Origin: Nannocystis bainbridge
GTDB taxonomy: Bacteria > Myxococcota_A > Polyangia > Nannocystales > Nannocystaceae
NCBI RefSeq assembly: GCF_028368995.1
Contig: NZ_JAQNDL010000004.1
Span: forward strand, 288,001-352,000
Direction: 5' to 3'
DNA: 64,000 bases
Part shown: one piece after another, positions 1 through 14,013 of the stretch
How the letters are laid out: every line of letters starts with the position of its first letter
Numbering within the stretch: position 1 is the stretch's first letter
Notes under the pieces: generated by a model
What the model was told of the DNA's origin: nothing
Database searches by the model: none
What the model saw: the letters and a program-made list of their open reading frames with translations, nothing else
Translations under genes and position numbers: made by a program

Positions 1-58
1 GCACGACGCGGGCGCTGCGGGATCGTGACGGGCTGCGCGCGAGGGAGGCGCGGCGGTT

Positions 59-907
59 TCAGGCCGGGCGGACGTCGGCGAGGAAGCGCTCGACGCTGGC
101 GCGCACGGCTTCGCCTTCGCGGCGGCCCATGTCGAAGGCCTTCCGCACGCGCGCGGGGCTGGTGTAGTCCCACTTGTGGATCGGGACCTCTTGCGAGGGC
201 GCGAGGTAGCGGACGTTGCGGGTGCTCGGGAGCGCTTGCGGGCGGTTGAGGAGCACGAGCACGGCGCCGGCGCGGGCGGTGGGGCCGAGCGCGCGCACGG
301 GGGCGGGGTCGACGAGGCAGCCGTCGAAGTAGATGCGATCGGCGGCGCGCAGGACAGGGGTCACCGGCGGGCTGGCCGAGGAGCGCATGACTCGCTCGGA
401 CAGCTCGGCGACGTCGGTGGCCTCGTGGGCGGTGTCGACCTCGGCGAGGATGCCAGGGTGCGGGACGTCGGGGCCGTGAAGCTGGCCGCGGCGGCGCCTG
501 TCGGCGTAGGCCCACCAGGCGCTGGCGACGGTGGGGACGACGCGCCAGCCGGGGGCGACGCAGGCCTGGAGGATCCGTACGCGCGGAGCGTCGACGAGGC
601 GCCGCAAGCTGGCGCCGTCGAGCAGCTCCTTCATGGTGGCGCGGTACATGGCCTCCTGCGGGAAGGCGGGACGGCCGAGGATGAGGCGCTCGGGGTAGAC
701 GTTGCGCGGGTTGACGGCGGTGCGGGCGCTGAAGGCGGTGACGAGGGCCTCCTCGAGGTCGAGCGCGGCGGCCAGCGCCATGGCAGCGCCGGCCGAGACG
801 CCCGCGAGCTCGACGGTGGTGCCGAGCTCGCGCAGGGCGGCGTAAGCCCCGAGCGCCCAGAAGGTCCGACAGCCGCCGCCCGCGAACACGACCGAAAACT
901 CGCGCAT
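59..907 (-). CDS. patatin-like phospholipase family protein
   Basis: Motifs FAGGGCR (Gly-rich loop), GVSAG (nucleophile elbow) and FDGC (DGG-like). Confidence 0.8.
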   Translation of the reverse strand: MREFSVVFAGGGCRTFWALGAYAALRELGTTVELAGVSAGAAMALAAALDLEEALVTAFSARTAVNPRNVYPERLILGRPAFPQEAMYRATMKELLDGASLRRLVDAPRVRILQACVAPGWRVVPTVASAWWAYADRRRRGQLHGPDVPHPGILAEVDTAHEATDVAELSERVMRSSASPPVTPVLRAADRIYFDGCLVDPAPVRALGPTARAGAVLVLLNRPQALPSTRNVRYLAPSQEVPIHKWDYTSPARVRKAFDMGRREGEAVRASVERFLADVRPA

Positions 908-1149
908 GGGCGGCAGCTAACACCGGGGCGCGGCGCGGTCAAGGGGACGGCGGCGAAGGGCGATGCGGGCTGCGCCGGACGATGCGCGCGATGGCGTGGA
1001 TGCGAGCGAGCAGCGGGCGGGGCCGGCGATCGTGAAGCGTCGCGCGGCGCGGCGAGGCGAGTGATGCGGAGGCCAGTGACATTGAACTTCGACAGGCGTG
1101 ATGCGAGTCGACGAAGCTTCAGCATCGACGACGAGAGTTGCGGGCGCCA

Positions 1150-1575
1150 GTGACGCGACGACATGGCCTTCGCACGTAGGATGCGAATCGGTGAGGGCTC
1201 GAGCCGCGACGACAGGAGGCGCTGGAGGTCCGCGATGCAAACGCGAGCGACGAGCGCGGCGCTCCAGCATCTAAGACGGGAGGTGCGGGAGGTCGGCGAT
1301 GCGATCGCTAACGATGAGGCGCGCGGAGAGAATCGGTGAGGCTCAGCATCGCGAAAGGTCGGCGATGCGGCATCGAACCTCGGAGCACGTGATGCGAATC
1401 GGTGGGGCTCCCGTATTGGGGTGCGGATGTCGGCGACGCGACATCGAAACTCGATTGCACGATGTGAATCGACGGGGCTCCCCATCGAGGCGCGTGAGGT
1501 CGGCGACGCGGCATCGAACCTCGGAGCGCGTGATGCGAAGCGGCTCCGCTCCGACATCGCGGCGCGGAGGTCAGC
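1150..1575. repeat. degenerate intergenic tandem repeat, ~66-71 bp unit, ~5-6 copies
   Basis: cggcga(t/c)gcggcatcgaacctcggagc(a/g)cgtgatgcgaa...ggctcc at ~1360, ~1430 and ~1501; weaker copies at ~1294 and ~1150. Confidence 0.7.
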
Positions 1576-1649
1576 GATGGGGCACGCAACCCCTCGACGT
1601 TTGCGCGCGTGACAATGTCTTCGGCGCGAGGGGTCACGCCGAGCTGCGA

Positions 1650-3745
<2,096 letters not shown>

Positions 3746-4603
3746 TCAGTCGCGCGCGGCCGTCAGGTAGTACTGCCACGGGGTCGGGGAGGTGAGCACC
3801 ACCTTCGAGCGGTAGTCGCTCGCGGTGATCGAGGTGCTGGTGTACACGACCCACTCGTTGGGGGTCATGGAGATGCTCGTGCCCGAGACCACGCCCCACA
3901 CGTTGGCCAGCGACTCGACCTGGACCTGCCAGTCCCAGTCCTCGTTGCACGTGGTGCCGCCGAGCCACCGCTGACCCGCGACGCCGGTGTGGGCGTACGC
4001 GAGGGAGGCGCTGGCGTAGCTCGAGGCGCAGGCGTCATACCCGCCCTGGTTGGCGTCGATGTCCGGGCAGAAGGCTTGCGACCAGGCGTAACAAGTGACG
4101 GTGACGTGCAGCCCGTCGACGGTCTGGGCGAACAGCGGCTCGGGGGCGCGGGCGGCGAAGGCCTCGACCGCCGCGGGGACCAGCGCGCCTTGCTCGAGCC
4201 GGAACGCGCGCGGGGTCGGGGAGGCGGCGAGCCGGGCGTGGTCCTCCCACAGCCGCGCCGGGGCGTCGTTCTCGGGCGCGAGCGCCAGGTACAGCTCGAG
4301 CGGCGTCAGCTCGAGCGAGTGCACCGCCTCGGCGAAGCGCGGGATCCCGAGCGCCAGCATGCCGATGCCGCCGTCGGCGATCGAGACCCGCTCGTCGACG
4401 AAGCGCACGCGCACGCCTTCGGCCAGGACGAGCTCGTCGAGGATGGCGTCGGCGTCGTCGGCGTCGGCGACGAGCGCCTCGTCGGCGACGGCATCGGCCG
4501 CTTCGACGACTTCGGGGCCGCTGTCCACGTCACACGCCATTGTCGTCAGCGCGCCGAGAGCCATCAATGTCAGGGTGTATGCATTCGTCCGATTGGTCTT
4601 CAT
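3746..4603 (-). CDS. hypothetical lipoprotein
   Basis: MKTNRT signal peptide ending TTMAC; coding-like composition. Confidence 0.65.
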   Translation of the reverse strand: MKTNRTNAYTLTLMALGALTTMACDVDSGPEVVEAADAVADEALVADADDADAILDELVLAEGVRVRFVDERVSIADGGIGMLALGIPRFAEAVHSLELTPLELYLALAPENDAPARLWEDHARLAASPTPRAFRLEQGALVPAAVEAFAARAPEPLFAQTVDGLHVTVTCYAWSQAFCPDIDANQGGYDACASSYASASLAYAHTGVAGQRWLGGTTCNEDWDWQVQVESLANVWGVVSGTSISMTPNEWVVYTSTSITASDYRSKVVLTSPTPWQYYLTAARD

Positions 4604-4839
4604 GATCGTAGGTCCGTCGTTCGCGGTGCATCGAACGCGGTCGGCGCGGGACATCCGCGCTGGGCTCGTCGATGCTTCCATGGACGGAGCTCGCATCAGC
4701 AAGCGACGGGCCCGCGAATTTGTCGTGGAGTTCCGCGAACCGGCGGCGCGGAGTCAGCGCGGGAGCCCCCTCGCTGCCCCGGGGTGCCCCGGGGTGCCCC
4801 ATGGGGCCGCGGGCGCGCCCTTGCGAGCGACGAATGCCC

Positions 4840-5442
4840 TCACTCGGCGGCGCGCTGGAACGCGGGCCGCTGGCGCAGGCGGGCCAGGTAGGCCTCGGCG
4901 ACCGTGGCTCCGCGCAGCTGGCCGCAGGTGTCGGCCCATTCGAGCAGGCCGCCGAGGACGATGTCGGCGACCGTGAATTGCTCGCCGAGGATCCAGCCGC
5001 CGGCGATGCGATCGCCGACGAGGTCGAGGTAGCGGCGCAGGGCGGCCCGCTCGTCGTCGGTGGCGGTGCCGCGGCGCAGCTCGGGCGGGCGCGGGAAGGC
5101 GCGCAGGTAGGGGCCGTGCACGACGCTGTCGAGGTTCGTCATGCTGAAGAGGATCCATTGATAGTAGTGCGCGCGGGCGATCGTGCCCTCCGCCGGGACC
5201 AGGCGCCGCTCGGGGTCCTTCTCGCCGACGTACATGCAGATCGCGGCCGATTCGAGCACGACCTGATCGCCGTCGACGAGCGCGGGGATGCTGCCGAGCG
5301 GATGGACCTTGAGGTAATCGGCCGACTTGTGCTCGGCCCGCGCGAGGCTGAGGCGGACGAGCTCGTGCGGCAGTCCGGCCTCCTCCAGGGCCCAGCGGCA
5401 GCGAAAGGCCGAGGTCATGGCGGCGTAGTAGAGCCTGAGCAT
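4840..5442 (-). CDS. glutathione S-transferase family protein
   Basis: HPLGSIPALVDG, ESAAIC and GEQFTVADI motifs. Confidence 0.92.
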   Translation of the reverse strand: MLRLYYAAMTSAFRCRWALEEAGLPHELVRLSLARAEHKSADYLKVHPLGSIPALVDGDQVVLESAAICMYVGEKDPERRLVPAEGTIARAHYYQWILFSMTNLDSVVHGPYLRAFPRPPELRRGTATDDERAALRRYLDLVGDRIAGGWILGEQFTVADIVLGGLLEWADTCGQLRGATVAEAYLARLRQRPAFQRAAE

Positions 5443-5461
5443 GATCGCAGGATACCCGGTT

Positions 5462-8400
5462 TCACGCGCTCGCGGGCGCGGCCGGGCCCGCGGCCGGGAG
5501 CTCGATCGTGAACACGGAGCCCTGTCCCGGGGTGCTGACGACCGAGACGCGGCCGCCCAGCAGCTCGCACAGGCGCCGGGTGATCGTCAGCCCGAGGCCG
5601 GTGCCGCCGGCGCGCCGGGCGGCGGAGCTGTCGGCCTGATGGAAGGCCTCGAACACGCGCTGGGTCTCCTCGGCGGTCATGCCGATGCCGGTGTCGTCGA
5701 CGGCGAACACCATGCGCTCGCCGTCGCGGCGCACCCGCAGGCTGACGGTGCCGGCCTGGGTGAACTTGGCGGCGTTGCTGAGCAGGTTGAGCAGCACCTG
5801 GCGCAGGCGCACCGGGTCGCTGTGCATGTCGCCGAGGTCGTCCGCGACCTCGACGACGAAGTCGTTGGCGGCGCGCTGCATCAAGGGCCGCACGGCCTCG
5901 GCGACCTCGTGGACCAGCGGGGCGACGGCGAACGACTGCAGGCTGATCTCGAGCTTGTCGGCCTCGATCTTCGACAGGTCGAGGATGTCGCTGATGACCC
6001 CGAGCAGGTGCGAGCCGGCGCGCTGGACCCGGCCGATGTCGGCCTGCAGCTCGCCGTCGCCGCGGTCCTCGGCGACCTCGGCGAGCAGCTCGGCGTAGCC
6101 GATGATCGCGTTGAGCGGGGTGCGCAGCTCGTGGCTCATGTTGGCGAGGAAGGTGCTCTTGGCCCGGCTGGCCGACTCGGCGGCCTCGCGCGCCTCCTGC
6201 AGGCGGGCGACCAGGCGCGCGTGCTCGATCGAGGTGGCGATCTGCGAGCTGAGGAGGTGGAGCGTCTCGATGCGCGCGGGGGTGAAGGCGCCGGCGGTGA
6301 CGCGGTTCTCGAGGTAGAGCGCGCCGAGCCGCTGGCCCCGGAGCACCAGCGGCAGGCACACCAGCGACTGTGGGCGCAGCTCGGCGAACACCGGGTCGGC
6401 GGCCAGCGCGGCGGCGATGTCGGGGTCGTCGAGGGTGACGATCTCGCCTGTCCGAAAGGCCAGGCGAATGGGGACCGCGGGGACGCGCGGGCTGGCCTCG
6501 AGCGGCTGGAGGGCCAGCTGGGTGCGGGCGTCGCCGTCGGCCGCGAACTCGCCGACGACGGCGAGGCCGTGGTGCTCCTGCAGCACGAGCACGCCGCGGC
6601 TGGCGCCGGCGGTGAGCACGACGATCCGCATGACGGTGTGGATCAGGTCCTCGAACCGCAGCTCGGCGGCGAACGCCTGCGAGGCGCGCAGGACGCTGCG
6701 GAGGTCGAGCTCGGCCTGGGCGGCGCGCGGGACGAAGGCGGCCATGGGCTCGAGCGCGGCGGCGTGGGGCAGCTCGCGCCGCAGCTGCGCGGCCTTGGGG
6801 TGCGCGCCCCAGCGGGCGTAGCGCTCGCTGGCGTCGCGCAGCAGCATCTGGCTGACGTGGGTCCTGCCGATCGCGGCGTAGTAGCGACCCGCGAGCTCGG
6901 CGGCGAGGGCGGCGTGCCAGGCGAAGCCGTGGTCGACGGCGAGGCGGAGCGCCTGGTCGTAGGCGACGCCGGCGCCGTCGTGGTCGCCGCACAGGCGCGC
7001 GCGCTCGGCCTCGACGAGGCGGGCGCGGTGCTCGTAGGTCTCGGGCGCGGACTCGGACCACTCGACGAGCTGCTCGTGGAACGGATCGATCCAGCGGCGC
7101 AGGGCCTCGTCGCGGGCGATCGAGCGGCCGGCGGCGGCGGCGGCGACGAGGGCGCCGAACAGCGGCAGCTCGGTGGTGAAGTAGAAGCCGTAGCCGGCCT
7201 GAATCCCGGGGCCGACCTCTTCGAGCAAGGCGAGCGCCTCCTCGGTGCGGCCGAACAGCACGCCGAGCTGGAGGCGGGCGAGGTAGTACCAGCGCAGCGC
7301 GAAGGTCAGGCTGTCGCGGCGCAGGCGCTCGCAGAAGGAGGTCTCGTCGAAGCCGGGGTCCGACAGGGCGTGCGGGGCGACGGTGTCGCCGACCAGGGCG
7401 GCGACGAATTGACGGGCGACGGTCAGCACGGCTCGCGAGGAGGCGACGCGGGTCCGCTCCATCAGCAGCAGCGCCTCGTCGGCCGCGGCCGCGACCTCGG
7501 CCAGCGGGCGCCCGAGGCTCAACATGGCGATGATCTGGTGGCTGCAGGCGAAGGATAAATAGTTGTAGTCGCCCGACTCGAGGCCGTCGCGGCGCGAGCG
7601 CTGGAGGTCCTCGACGACCTCGACGAGCGGGCGCGAGAAGTGGGTGTAGGAGGCGAACACGAAGCCGAGCCGGCAGCGCAGCTCGGGGCTGCCGCGGCGC
7701 TCGTTGAGCTCGCGGGCGAACCGCCCGAACGCCTCGGCCTCGCCGTAGCTGCGGCGCACGGTGGCGAGGAAGAAGCCGAAGATCACGTAGGTGAAGGCCG
7801 AGAGGTCGGTGTGGCCGTGATCGATGGTGATCCGCACCTGCTTGGTGATGAGCAGGGCGTAGAGGTCCGGCATCGTCATGTTGGCCGGCGTGAGCAGCTC
7901 TTGCAGGATCTCGAGCGCGGCCCGATGACCGGGGTCCTGCAGCGGCGGGGCGTCCATCAGCGCGAGGAAGGGCCGGCTCGAGAGGTCGTCATGCAGCGCC
8001 GACAGCTCGCTGGCGATCGCGGCCCGGCGCGCGTCCTCGCCTTCGGGCAGGTCGACGCCGAGCAGCCGCAGGCCCTCGCGCCCGGCCTCGATCGCGGCGT
8101 GGATCCGGCCGGCGGTGACGTGCACGGTGACGCGCAGCGCCTGCACGTGGGCTCGCTCGCGCGTGGAGAGCTCGCGGTCGGCGAGGGCGTCGAGGCAGGC
8201 GTCGGCGCGGTCGATGGCGCCGCGCAGGTACTCGCAGGTGGCGCGCTCGAACTGCAGATCGAAGCCGAGCGGATCGCCGGGGACCCAGGTCGCGACGTCG
8301 ACGGGCGATACGCCGTCGGACGGGTCGCCGAGCAGCAGCAGGCCGCCGAGGACGTGGGCGAGCGCGGCGTCGTGGCTGGTGCTGGCGCGGGCGCGGCGGG

Positions 8401-10609
8401 CGGCCTGCAGGTGGAGCTCGGCGGCGCGGCGGCGCAGGGCGGGGTCGTGAAGGCGCGGCTCGGCGCGGCGGAGGTGAGCGACCCGATCGAACAGGACCTC
8501 GCTGGCGTCGCCGCCGTCGCGCGCGAGCAGGACGTGGGCGATGGCGAGGTGCAGCGCGGGGCGATCGTCGGGGTCGACCAGGGCGTCGGCGGTCTGGCGC
8601 ACGCGGTCGTGGAAGAAGCGCATGAGGCCGGGGCCGGCGGCGGCGACGAGGTCGAGGTCGAGGGCGGGGCGCAGGCGCACGACGGCCTCGTCGCGGTCGC
8701 AGCCGAGGACGCTGGCGAGCAGGGCGAGGTCGAAGCGAGCGCCGATGCAGGCGGCGACCTTCAGGGCCTGCAGGGTGGGCGCGGGCAGCTTGCGCAGGGT
8801 GGCGCCGAACAGGTCGGCGACGGTCTCGGGCACGCTGGCGGCGTCGACCCCGGCGAGGGCCCAGGTCCAGGCGCCGGCGGCGGCGTCGAAGCGCAGGCGG
8901 GCCTCGCGGTGGAGGAAGCGCAGGTACTCGCGCACGAACAGCGGGTTGCCGCCGGTGCGCCGCAGCAGCTCGTCGGCGAGCGGGCGCACGGGACCGCCGC
9001 CGAGCACGTCGCGCAGCAGGTGCTCGACCTCGTCGACGCCGAGCGAGCCGAGCGCGACCTCCACCGGCGCCGGCGTGAGGCCGCGCAGCGCGGTCAGGTG
9101 GGCGTGCAGCGGCGTACCGGGCGCGGCCTCGTTGTCGCGGAAGGCCTCGATCAGCAGCAGGTGGCGGACCTCGACGCTGGCCGCCAGGGCCTCGCACAGG
9201 CGCAGGCTGGCGGCGTCGGCCCACTGCACGTCGTCGAGGAACAGCACGAGCGGGCAGTCGGCGGCGGCGAAGCAGGCGACGAAGCGCTGCAGGGTCAGCT
9301 GCAGCCGCTGCAGCCGCTCGCCGGCCGACAGCGGGGCGGGCGGGGGCTGGGCGCCGACGATCGCCTGCAGCTCGGGCAAGAGCTCGGCGATGACCGGCAG
9401 GCCAGGGCCGACGCCGCGCCGCAGCCGCTCGCGCCACTTCGCGACCTCGGACTCGCGGCCCGAGAGCGCGTGCCGCAACAGGCCGCCGAACGCCTGGGAC
9501 AGGGCCGAGAACGGCTCGCTGCTGCGCTGCGGCTCGAACTTGCCGGCGGCGAAGCGGGCCCGCTCGGCCAGCTCGCCGGCCAGCTCCTGCACCAGCGCCG
9601 TCTTGCCGCCGCCCGAGGGCGCTGCCAGCAGGCACACGGCGCTGTCGCCCTCGCTCGCGCGGGTGAAGGCCTGCCGCAGCCGCAGCAGCGCCTCGTCGCG
9701 CCCGTAGAGGCTGTCGGGCAGGCGCAGCGGCGCGTCGCGGCGGGGCTCGAACGGGGCGCCCTCGGGGTGGGCGCAGGCGGCCCGCAGGTCGAGCAGCAAT
9801 GCCGCGGCGCTGGCGTAGCGGTCCTCGCGGTTCTTGGCCAGCAGCGTGTGCACGATCGCCGCCAGCGCCGGCGAGACCGTCGGCGCCATGTCCTTCAGCG
9901 GCGCGGGCAGGCGGGTCAGGTGGGCGTGCAGCAGCTCGAGCGGATCGTCGTCGACGAACGGCGGGGCGCCGCTCAGCAGGGCGTAGAGCACCGCGCCGAG
10001 CGCGTAGAGGTCGGCGCGCGCGTCGGGCGGGTGACGCGTGCGGCCGCTCTGCTCGGGCGCGAGGAAGCCGATCGGACCCGTCAGCGCGTCGGCCGGCGCC
10101 GGCCCGATCGCGCCGGCCACCTCGGCGCGCGCGAGCTCGCCGAGCTTGACCGTCCCGCTCGAGTCGATCCAGATGGCCGCGGGGCTCAGGCCGGCGTGGA
10201 TCGCCCCGGCCGCGTGCACGCGCACCAGCGTCTCCGTCACCGCGATCGCAAGGGCCAGCGTCGCCGCCTCGTCGCGCCAGCGCGGATCTTCGACGCGGAC
10301 CGGCACCCCGGCGAAGGGCTCGTAGATCAGGGCCAGCCGCGAGCCGTGCCACTCGAGCCCGGGAGTCTGAAGAATGCCCGGATCGGCGAGCACCCCCGCG
10401 ACGGCGTGCTCCCGCTCGAGCTCGGCGAAGACGCCCGCGCCGGCGTCGCCGATGGACAGCTTGAGCAGCATGAGCGTGCCGTCCTCGCGAGTGGCGCGTA
10501 CGACCTGCCATTGCGGAGTCGCGACGAGCGACTCGACGACGCGAAATCCCGGCATGCCCAGGCGCTCTTCGGCTCGGCGTTCGTGCACGCGGAACCCCGA
10601 TTGTGCCAT
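5462..10609 (-). CDS. hybrid STK-like / AAA ATPase / GAF / histidine kinase sensor
   Basis: APEQSGR and DLYALG kinase-fold motifs, APSGGGKT P-loop, [10 protein letters not shown] Walker B, GAF domain, [17 protein letters not shown]-box, NAAKFT/DTGIG/GGTGLGL HATPase; start uncertain (10555-10630). Confidence 0.9.
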   Translation of the reverse strand: MAQSGFRVHERRAEERLGMPGFRVVESLVATPQWQVVRATREDGTLMLLKLSIGDAGAGVFAELEREHAVAGVLADPGILQTPGLEWHGSRLALIYEPFAGVPVRVEDPRWRDEAATLALAIAVTETLVRVHAAGAIHAGLSPAAIWIDSSGTVKLGELARAEVAGAIGPAPADALTGPIGFLAPEQSGRTRHPPDARADLYALGAVLYALLSGAPPFVDDDPLELLHAHLTRLPAPLKDMAPTVSPALAAIVHTLLAKNREDRYASAAALLLDLRAACAHPEGAPFEPRRDAPLRLPDSLYGRDEALLRLRQAFTRASEGDSAVCLLAAPSGGGKTALVQELAGELAERARFAAGKFEPQRSSEPFSALSQAFGGLLRHALSGRESEVAKWRERLRRGVGPGLPVIAELLPELQAIVGAQPPPAPLSAGERLQRLQLTLQRFVACFAAADCPLVLFLDDVQWADAASLRLCEALAASVEVRHLLLIEAFRDNEAAPGTPLHAHLTALRGLTPAPVEVALGSLGVDEVEHLLRDVLGGGPVRPLADELLRRTGGNPLFVREYLRFLHREARLRFDAAAGAWTWALAGVDAASVPETVADLFGATLRKLPAPTLQALKVAACIGARFDLALLASVLGCDRDEAVVRLRPALDLDLVAAAGPGLMRFFHDRVRQTADALVDPDDRPALHLAIAHVLLARDGGDASEVLFDRVAHLRRAEPRLHDPALRRRAAELHLQAARRARASTSHDAALAHVLGGLLLLGDPSDGVSPVDVATWVPGDPLGFDLQFERATCEYLRGAIDRADACLDALADRELSTRERAHVQALRVTVHVTAGRIHAAIEAGREGLRLLGVDLPEGEDARRAAIASELSALHDDLSSRPFLALMDAPPLQDPGHRAALEILQELLTPANMTMPDLYALLITKQVRITIDHGHTDLSAFTYVIFGFFLATVRRSYGEAEAFGRFARELNERRGSPELRCRLGFVFASYTHFSRPLVEVVEDLQRSRRDGLESGDYNYLSFACSHQIIAMLSLGRPLAEVAAAADEALLLMERTRVASSRAVLTVARQFVAALVGDTVAPHALSDPGFDETSFCERLRRDSLTFALRWYYLARLQLGVLFGRTEEALALLEEVGPGIQAGYGFYFTTELPLFGALVAAAAAGRSIARDEALRRWIDPFHEQLVEWSESAPETYEHRARLVEAERARLCGDHDGAGVAYDQALRLAVDHGFAWHAALAAELAGRYYAAIGRTHVSQMLLRDASERYARWGAHPKAAQLRRELPHAAALEPMAAFVPRAAQAELDLRSVLRASQAFAAELRFEDLIHTVMRIVVLTAGASRGVLVLQEHHGLAVVGEFAADGDARTQLALQPLEASPRVPAVPIRLAFRTGEIVTLDDPDIAAALAADPVFAELRPQSLVCLPLVLRGQRLGALYLENRVTAGAFTPARIETLHLLSSQIATSIEHARLVARLQEAREAAESASRAKSTFLANMSHELRTPLNAIIGYAELLAEVAEDRGDGELQADIGRVQRAGSHLLGVISDILDLSKIEADKLEISLQSFAVAPLVHEVAEAVRPLMQRAANDFVVEVADDLGDMHSDPVRLRQVLLNLLSNAAKFTQAGTVSLRVRRDGERMVFAVDDTGIGMTAEETQRVFEAFHQADSSAARRAGGTGLGLTITRRLCELLGGRVSVVSTPGQGSVFTIELPAAGPAAPASA

Positions 10610-10924
10610 GGAAGGCCCGCCCGCATGCATCGGCGGCGCGGCCGCCAGCAGGTTTGCCGGGCGGGGCTCACGGGGGCGCTACGGCCGAGCCCGAGGCGGG
10701 GGCGACGAACCCGAGCGCGCGTGGGCAGATATTGCTGTCGCATACGTCGGCCGGGGTCCCACCTGCGTGGCCCGATCGCGGCGGAGGTGCCCCGGTGGCG
10801 CGAAATGTGGCCCGCGGACGCGCATGGCGAATACGAGCGCGGCGCGGTTTGGCCCCGAATCGTGGCACTCGGGACTCGTTGCATTCATCGGCCCGCGGAG
10901 CGGGTGCATGCGATCGGCCGATCG

Positions 10925-12427
10925 CTACAGCCGGAGCACGGTGACGCCCTTGCCGTCGGCGACGCCGGCGACGAGGTCGAGGCGACCGTCGCCGTCGAGG
11001 TCGCCGGTGACGAGCAACCCGGGCGAGGTGTCGGCGGCGACCTCGAGCACGATCTCGCAGGTGAAGCCGCCGAGGCCGTCGCCGACCAGCACGGCGACGT
11101 CGTCCGAGCCGGTCGCGGCCACGAGATCGAGGGCGCCGTCGGCGGTGACGTCGGCGAAATGCCCGCCCGTCAGCGGCGAGGCGGTGGTGTAGAGGTCCGG
11201 TCGCTCGCGCCAGCCGTCGGCGTCGAGGCTGGTCCACACGTGGGCCCACCCGCCGAATTGGTCGGGGCGGACGATCGCCAGCTCGGCGGCGCCAGATCCG
11301 TCGAGGTCGGCCGCGAGCGCCGGGCCCCACACGCTGGTGTCGATCGAGAATTCACGCACGAGGCTCCACGAGGCGGCCGGATCGCCGCGCAGCAGCCTGA
11401 GGCCGAGGCGCGTGACCGTCGGCGTCAGGAGGTCGGGCACGCCGTCGTGGTCGACGTCGACGACGGTGGTCTCGAGCGCGTCGACGAGGTCGGGCACGAA
11501 GGTCTCGCCGGCGAACTCGCCGAGGCCGTCGCCGGACCACACCGACACGCCGAGGAAGACGCCGACGGTGACGAGGTCGGTGTGGCCGTCGAGGTTCACG
11601 TCGGCGGCGGTGACCGTCCACGGCGCGTTCTGACCGGTCAGCACCGGGCCCGGCGTGAACGCGCCGTCCTGGCCGAACAGCAGCACCAGCTCGCCGCTGT
11701 CGGGCGCGGCGACGGCGAGGTCGCTGTCGCCGTCGCCGTCGAGGTCGGCCGCTGTCGCGTGCATCGCCGCCTGCGGCCCGCCGACTTCGACCAGGGTGCC
11801 GCCGGTGAAGCTGCCGGCGCCGTCGTTGAACGCGAGCTCGATCGCGCCGCTCGCCGGCAGCGCGGCGAACAGGTCGAGGTCGCCGTCACCGTCGAGATCG
11901 GCGAGGCCGAACGCGCCGGGGTTGTCCGTGAGGTCCCACTGCGCGGCCCGGATCGGCTGCTGCGCGCATGACGGCAGCGCTTGCGGCAGATCGGCGACGC
12001 AGGCGCTGTCCTCGCAGACGTAGTCGTAGAAGCAGTCGTCGTCGGTGAAGCACTCGTCCCCGGGATCGGGATCCGGATTGCACCGCGGTCGCTGCAGTCC
12101 GGTGGCGTACTGGCAGCACGACTCGACGGGCACGCATTGGCCGGACTGACATTCGTGGCAATAGGAGCAGTCGGCGAACGACTCGCACTCGGGCGCGGGC
12201 CCGCCGGTGTCAGTGGTGTCGGTGGTGCCGGTGGTGCCGGTGCTGGTGGGGCCGGTGCTGGTCGGACCGGACGGATCGACGGTGGTGGTCTCGCCGGCGC
12301 TGCCGGTGTCGGTGTCGGGGCCGTCGGTGGTGGCGGGGGTCGGACCGCAGGCGAGCAGGCCGAGGCCGGCGAGCCAGGCGCGGTCGATGGCGCGCAAGGT
12401 CCAGGTGGGTAACGTTAAGCGACGCAT
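10925..12427 (-). CDS. FG-GAP repeat lipoprotein
   Basis: LGLLAC lipobox, Thr-rich linker, Cys-rich segment and repeated DLDGDGxxDL motifs. Confidence 0.85.
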   Translation of the reverse strand: MRRLTLPTWTLRAIDRAWLAGLGLLACGPTPATTDGPDTDTGSAGETTTVDPSGPTSTGPTSTGTTGTTDTTDTGGPAPECESFADCSYCHECQSGQCVPVESCCQYATGLQRPRCNPDPDPGDECFTDDDCFYDYVCEDSACVADLPQALPSCAQQPIRAAQWDLTDNPGAFGLADLDGDGDLDLFAALPASGAIELAFNDGAGSFTGGTLVEVGGPQAAMHATAADLDGDGDSDLAVAAPDSGELVLLFGQDGAFTPGPVLTGQNAPWTVTAADVNLDGHTDLVTVGVFLGVSVWSGDGLGEFAGETFVPDLVDALETTVVDVDHDGVPDLLTPTVTRLGLRLLRGDPAASWSLVREFSIDTSVWGPALAADLDGSGAAELAIVRPDQFGGWAHVWTSLDADGWRERPDLYTTASPLTGGHFADVTADGALDLVAATGSDDVAVLVGDGLGGFTCEIVLEVAADTSPGLLVTGDLDGDGRLDLVAGVADGKGVTVLRL

Positions 12428-12561
12428 GTTCGCCAGCGTCGCACGCGGCGGCGAGCGCGGCAACCACCGCACGATCGAGGGGCCGCGGGCGAACGGCGTC
12501 TCGCGCGAGAGGGGGCTTCCCGGAATCGCGTTCTGCGGCGCATGATGTCGGCGGACGCCGC

Positions 12562-14013
12562 ATGACCGCCACGATCCACCGCACCTGGAAGTCACTCCTC
12601 CCGCCCGACGACGCGCACCCGTACCGCACCGGCGCCTGGCGGCCGCAGTGCAACGAGTGGGACGCCGACGACCTCGAGGTGGTGGCGGGCGCCATTCCGC
12701 ACGACCTCGCCGGGCTCTACGTGCGCAACACCGAGAACCCGCTGGTGCCCGCGTTCGAGCGCTACCACCCGTTCGACGGCGACGGCATGCTGCACGCGAT
12801 CCGCTTCGCCGGCGGGCGCGCCCGCTACCGCAACCGCATGGTGCCGACGCGGGCGCTGGCGCAGGAGCTCGCGGCCGGCGGGCCGCAGTACGCCGGCATC
12901 GCCGAGGATCCGCGGCTGTCGCAGCACCCGGGCTGGGGCGCGCGCGGCGGGATGAAGGACGCCTCGAGCACCGACGTGATCGTCCACCGCGGGCGCGTGC
13001 TTTCGACGCATTACCAGTGCGGCGACGCCTATGCGTTCGACGCCGAGACGCTGGCGCCGCTCGGCGCCGAGCCGTGGGTGCCGCAGGACACCGGGGTCTC
13101 GGCGCACCCGAAGGTGTGCGCACGGACCGGCGAGCTGCACTACTTCCGCTACGGCAAGGCCGCGCCGTACCTGCATTACGGGGTCGTCGACGGCCGCGGC
13201 GAGCGGGTGCACGACGTGGCGATCCCGCTGCCGGGCCCGCGCCTGCCGCACGACATGGCGCTGTCGCAGCGGTTCGTGGTGTTCAACGATTTCCCGATCT
13301 TCTGGGACCCGGCGCTGCTGGCCCGCGGGATCCACCGGCCGCGCTGGGACCCGTCGATGCCGTCGCGCTTCGCCGTGCTGCCGCGCCGCGGCAACACCGA
13401 CGAGGTGCGGTGGTTCGAGGCGGCCGCGACCTACGCGCTGCACTTCACCAACGCGTTCGAGGCCGGCGACGAGCTGGTGCTCGACGGCTACGCCCAGCGC
13501 GACCCGATGCCGCGCCCGCAGCCGGAGCTGCACGGCGAGCACGCCTGGCTCATGCGCCAGGTCGACCTCGCCAGCCTGCGCCCGTCGCTGCGCCGCTGGC
13601 GGATGAACCTGATCACCGGGGCCTGCCGCGAGGAGGACCTGTCGCCGACGCTGACCGAGTTCCCGACGATCGACCCACGCGCGGCCGGGGTCCGCAACCG
13701 CCACGTGTGGTCGATGACGGCCCGGCCCGGGTGGTTCCTGTTCGACGGCATCCTCCACACGGATCTCGAGACGGGCACGGAGCGCCGCTTCGGCTTCGAG
13801 GAGGGGGTCTACGCCAGCGAGGTCGCGGTGGCGCCGCGCGGCGCGGGCGAGGAGGGCGAGGCGTGGGTGGTGACGTTCGTCAGCGATACGGTCCGCGATG
13901 TGTCGGAGTGCTGGATCTTCGCGGCGAAGGACATCGCGGCCGGGCCGGTGGCGCGCGTGCGCCTGCCGGAGCGGATCGCCAGCGGGACGCACGCGGCGTG
14001 GTGCCCGATGTGA
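12562..14013 (+). CDS. carotenoid oxygenase family (RPE65/lignostilbene dioxygenase-like)
   Basis: HPFDGDGMLH, SAHPK, PHDM, LHFTN, EFPTID and GTHAAW Fe-binding His motifs. Confidence 0.92.
   Translation: MTATIHRTWKSLLPPDDAHPYRTGAWRPQCNEWDADDLEVVAGAIPHDLAGLYVRNTENPLVPAFERYHPFDGDGMLHAIRFAGGRARYRNRMVPTRALAQELAAGGPQYAGIAEDPRLSQHPGWGARGGMKDASSTDVIVHRGRVLSTHYQCGDAYAFDAETLAPLGAEPWVPQDTGVSAHPKVCARTGELHYFRYGKAAPYLHYGVVDGRGERVHDVAIPLPGPRLPHDMALSQRFVVFNDFPIFWDPALLARGIHRPRWDPSMPSRFAVLPRRGNTDEVRWFEAAATYALHFTNAFEAGDELVLDGYAQRDPMPRPQPELHGEHAWLMRQVDLASLRPSLRRWRMNLITGACREEDLSPTLTEFPTIDPRAAGVRNRHVWSMTARPGWFLFDGILHTDLETGTERRFGFEEGVYASEVAVAPRGAGEEGEAWVVTFVSDTVRDVSECWIFAAKDIAAGPVARVRLPERIASGTHAAWCPM

Noticed and set aside
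1150-1575. Possible CRISPR array
   Set aside because: Repeats are long and degenerate, linkers are short and similar to each other, and there are no cas genes
7640-11971. 1443-aa plus-strand ORF, and similar long ORFs such as 49017-53216, 52310-55783 and 32702-35779
   Set aside because: Antisense or off-frame shadows of real genes, caused by stop-codon scarcity at high GC; no recognisable motifs
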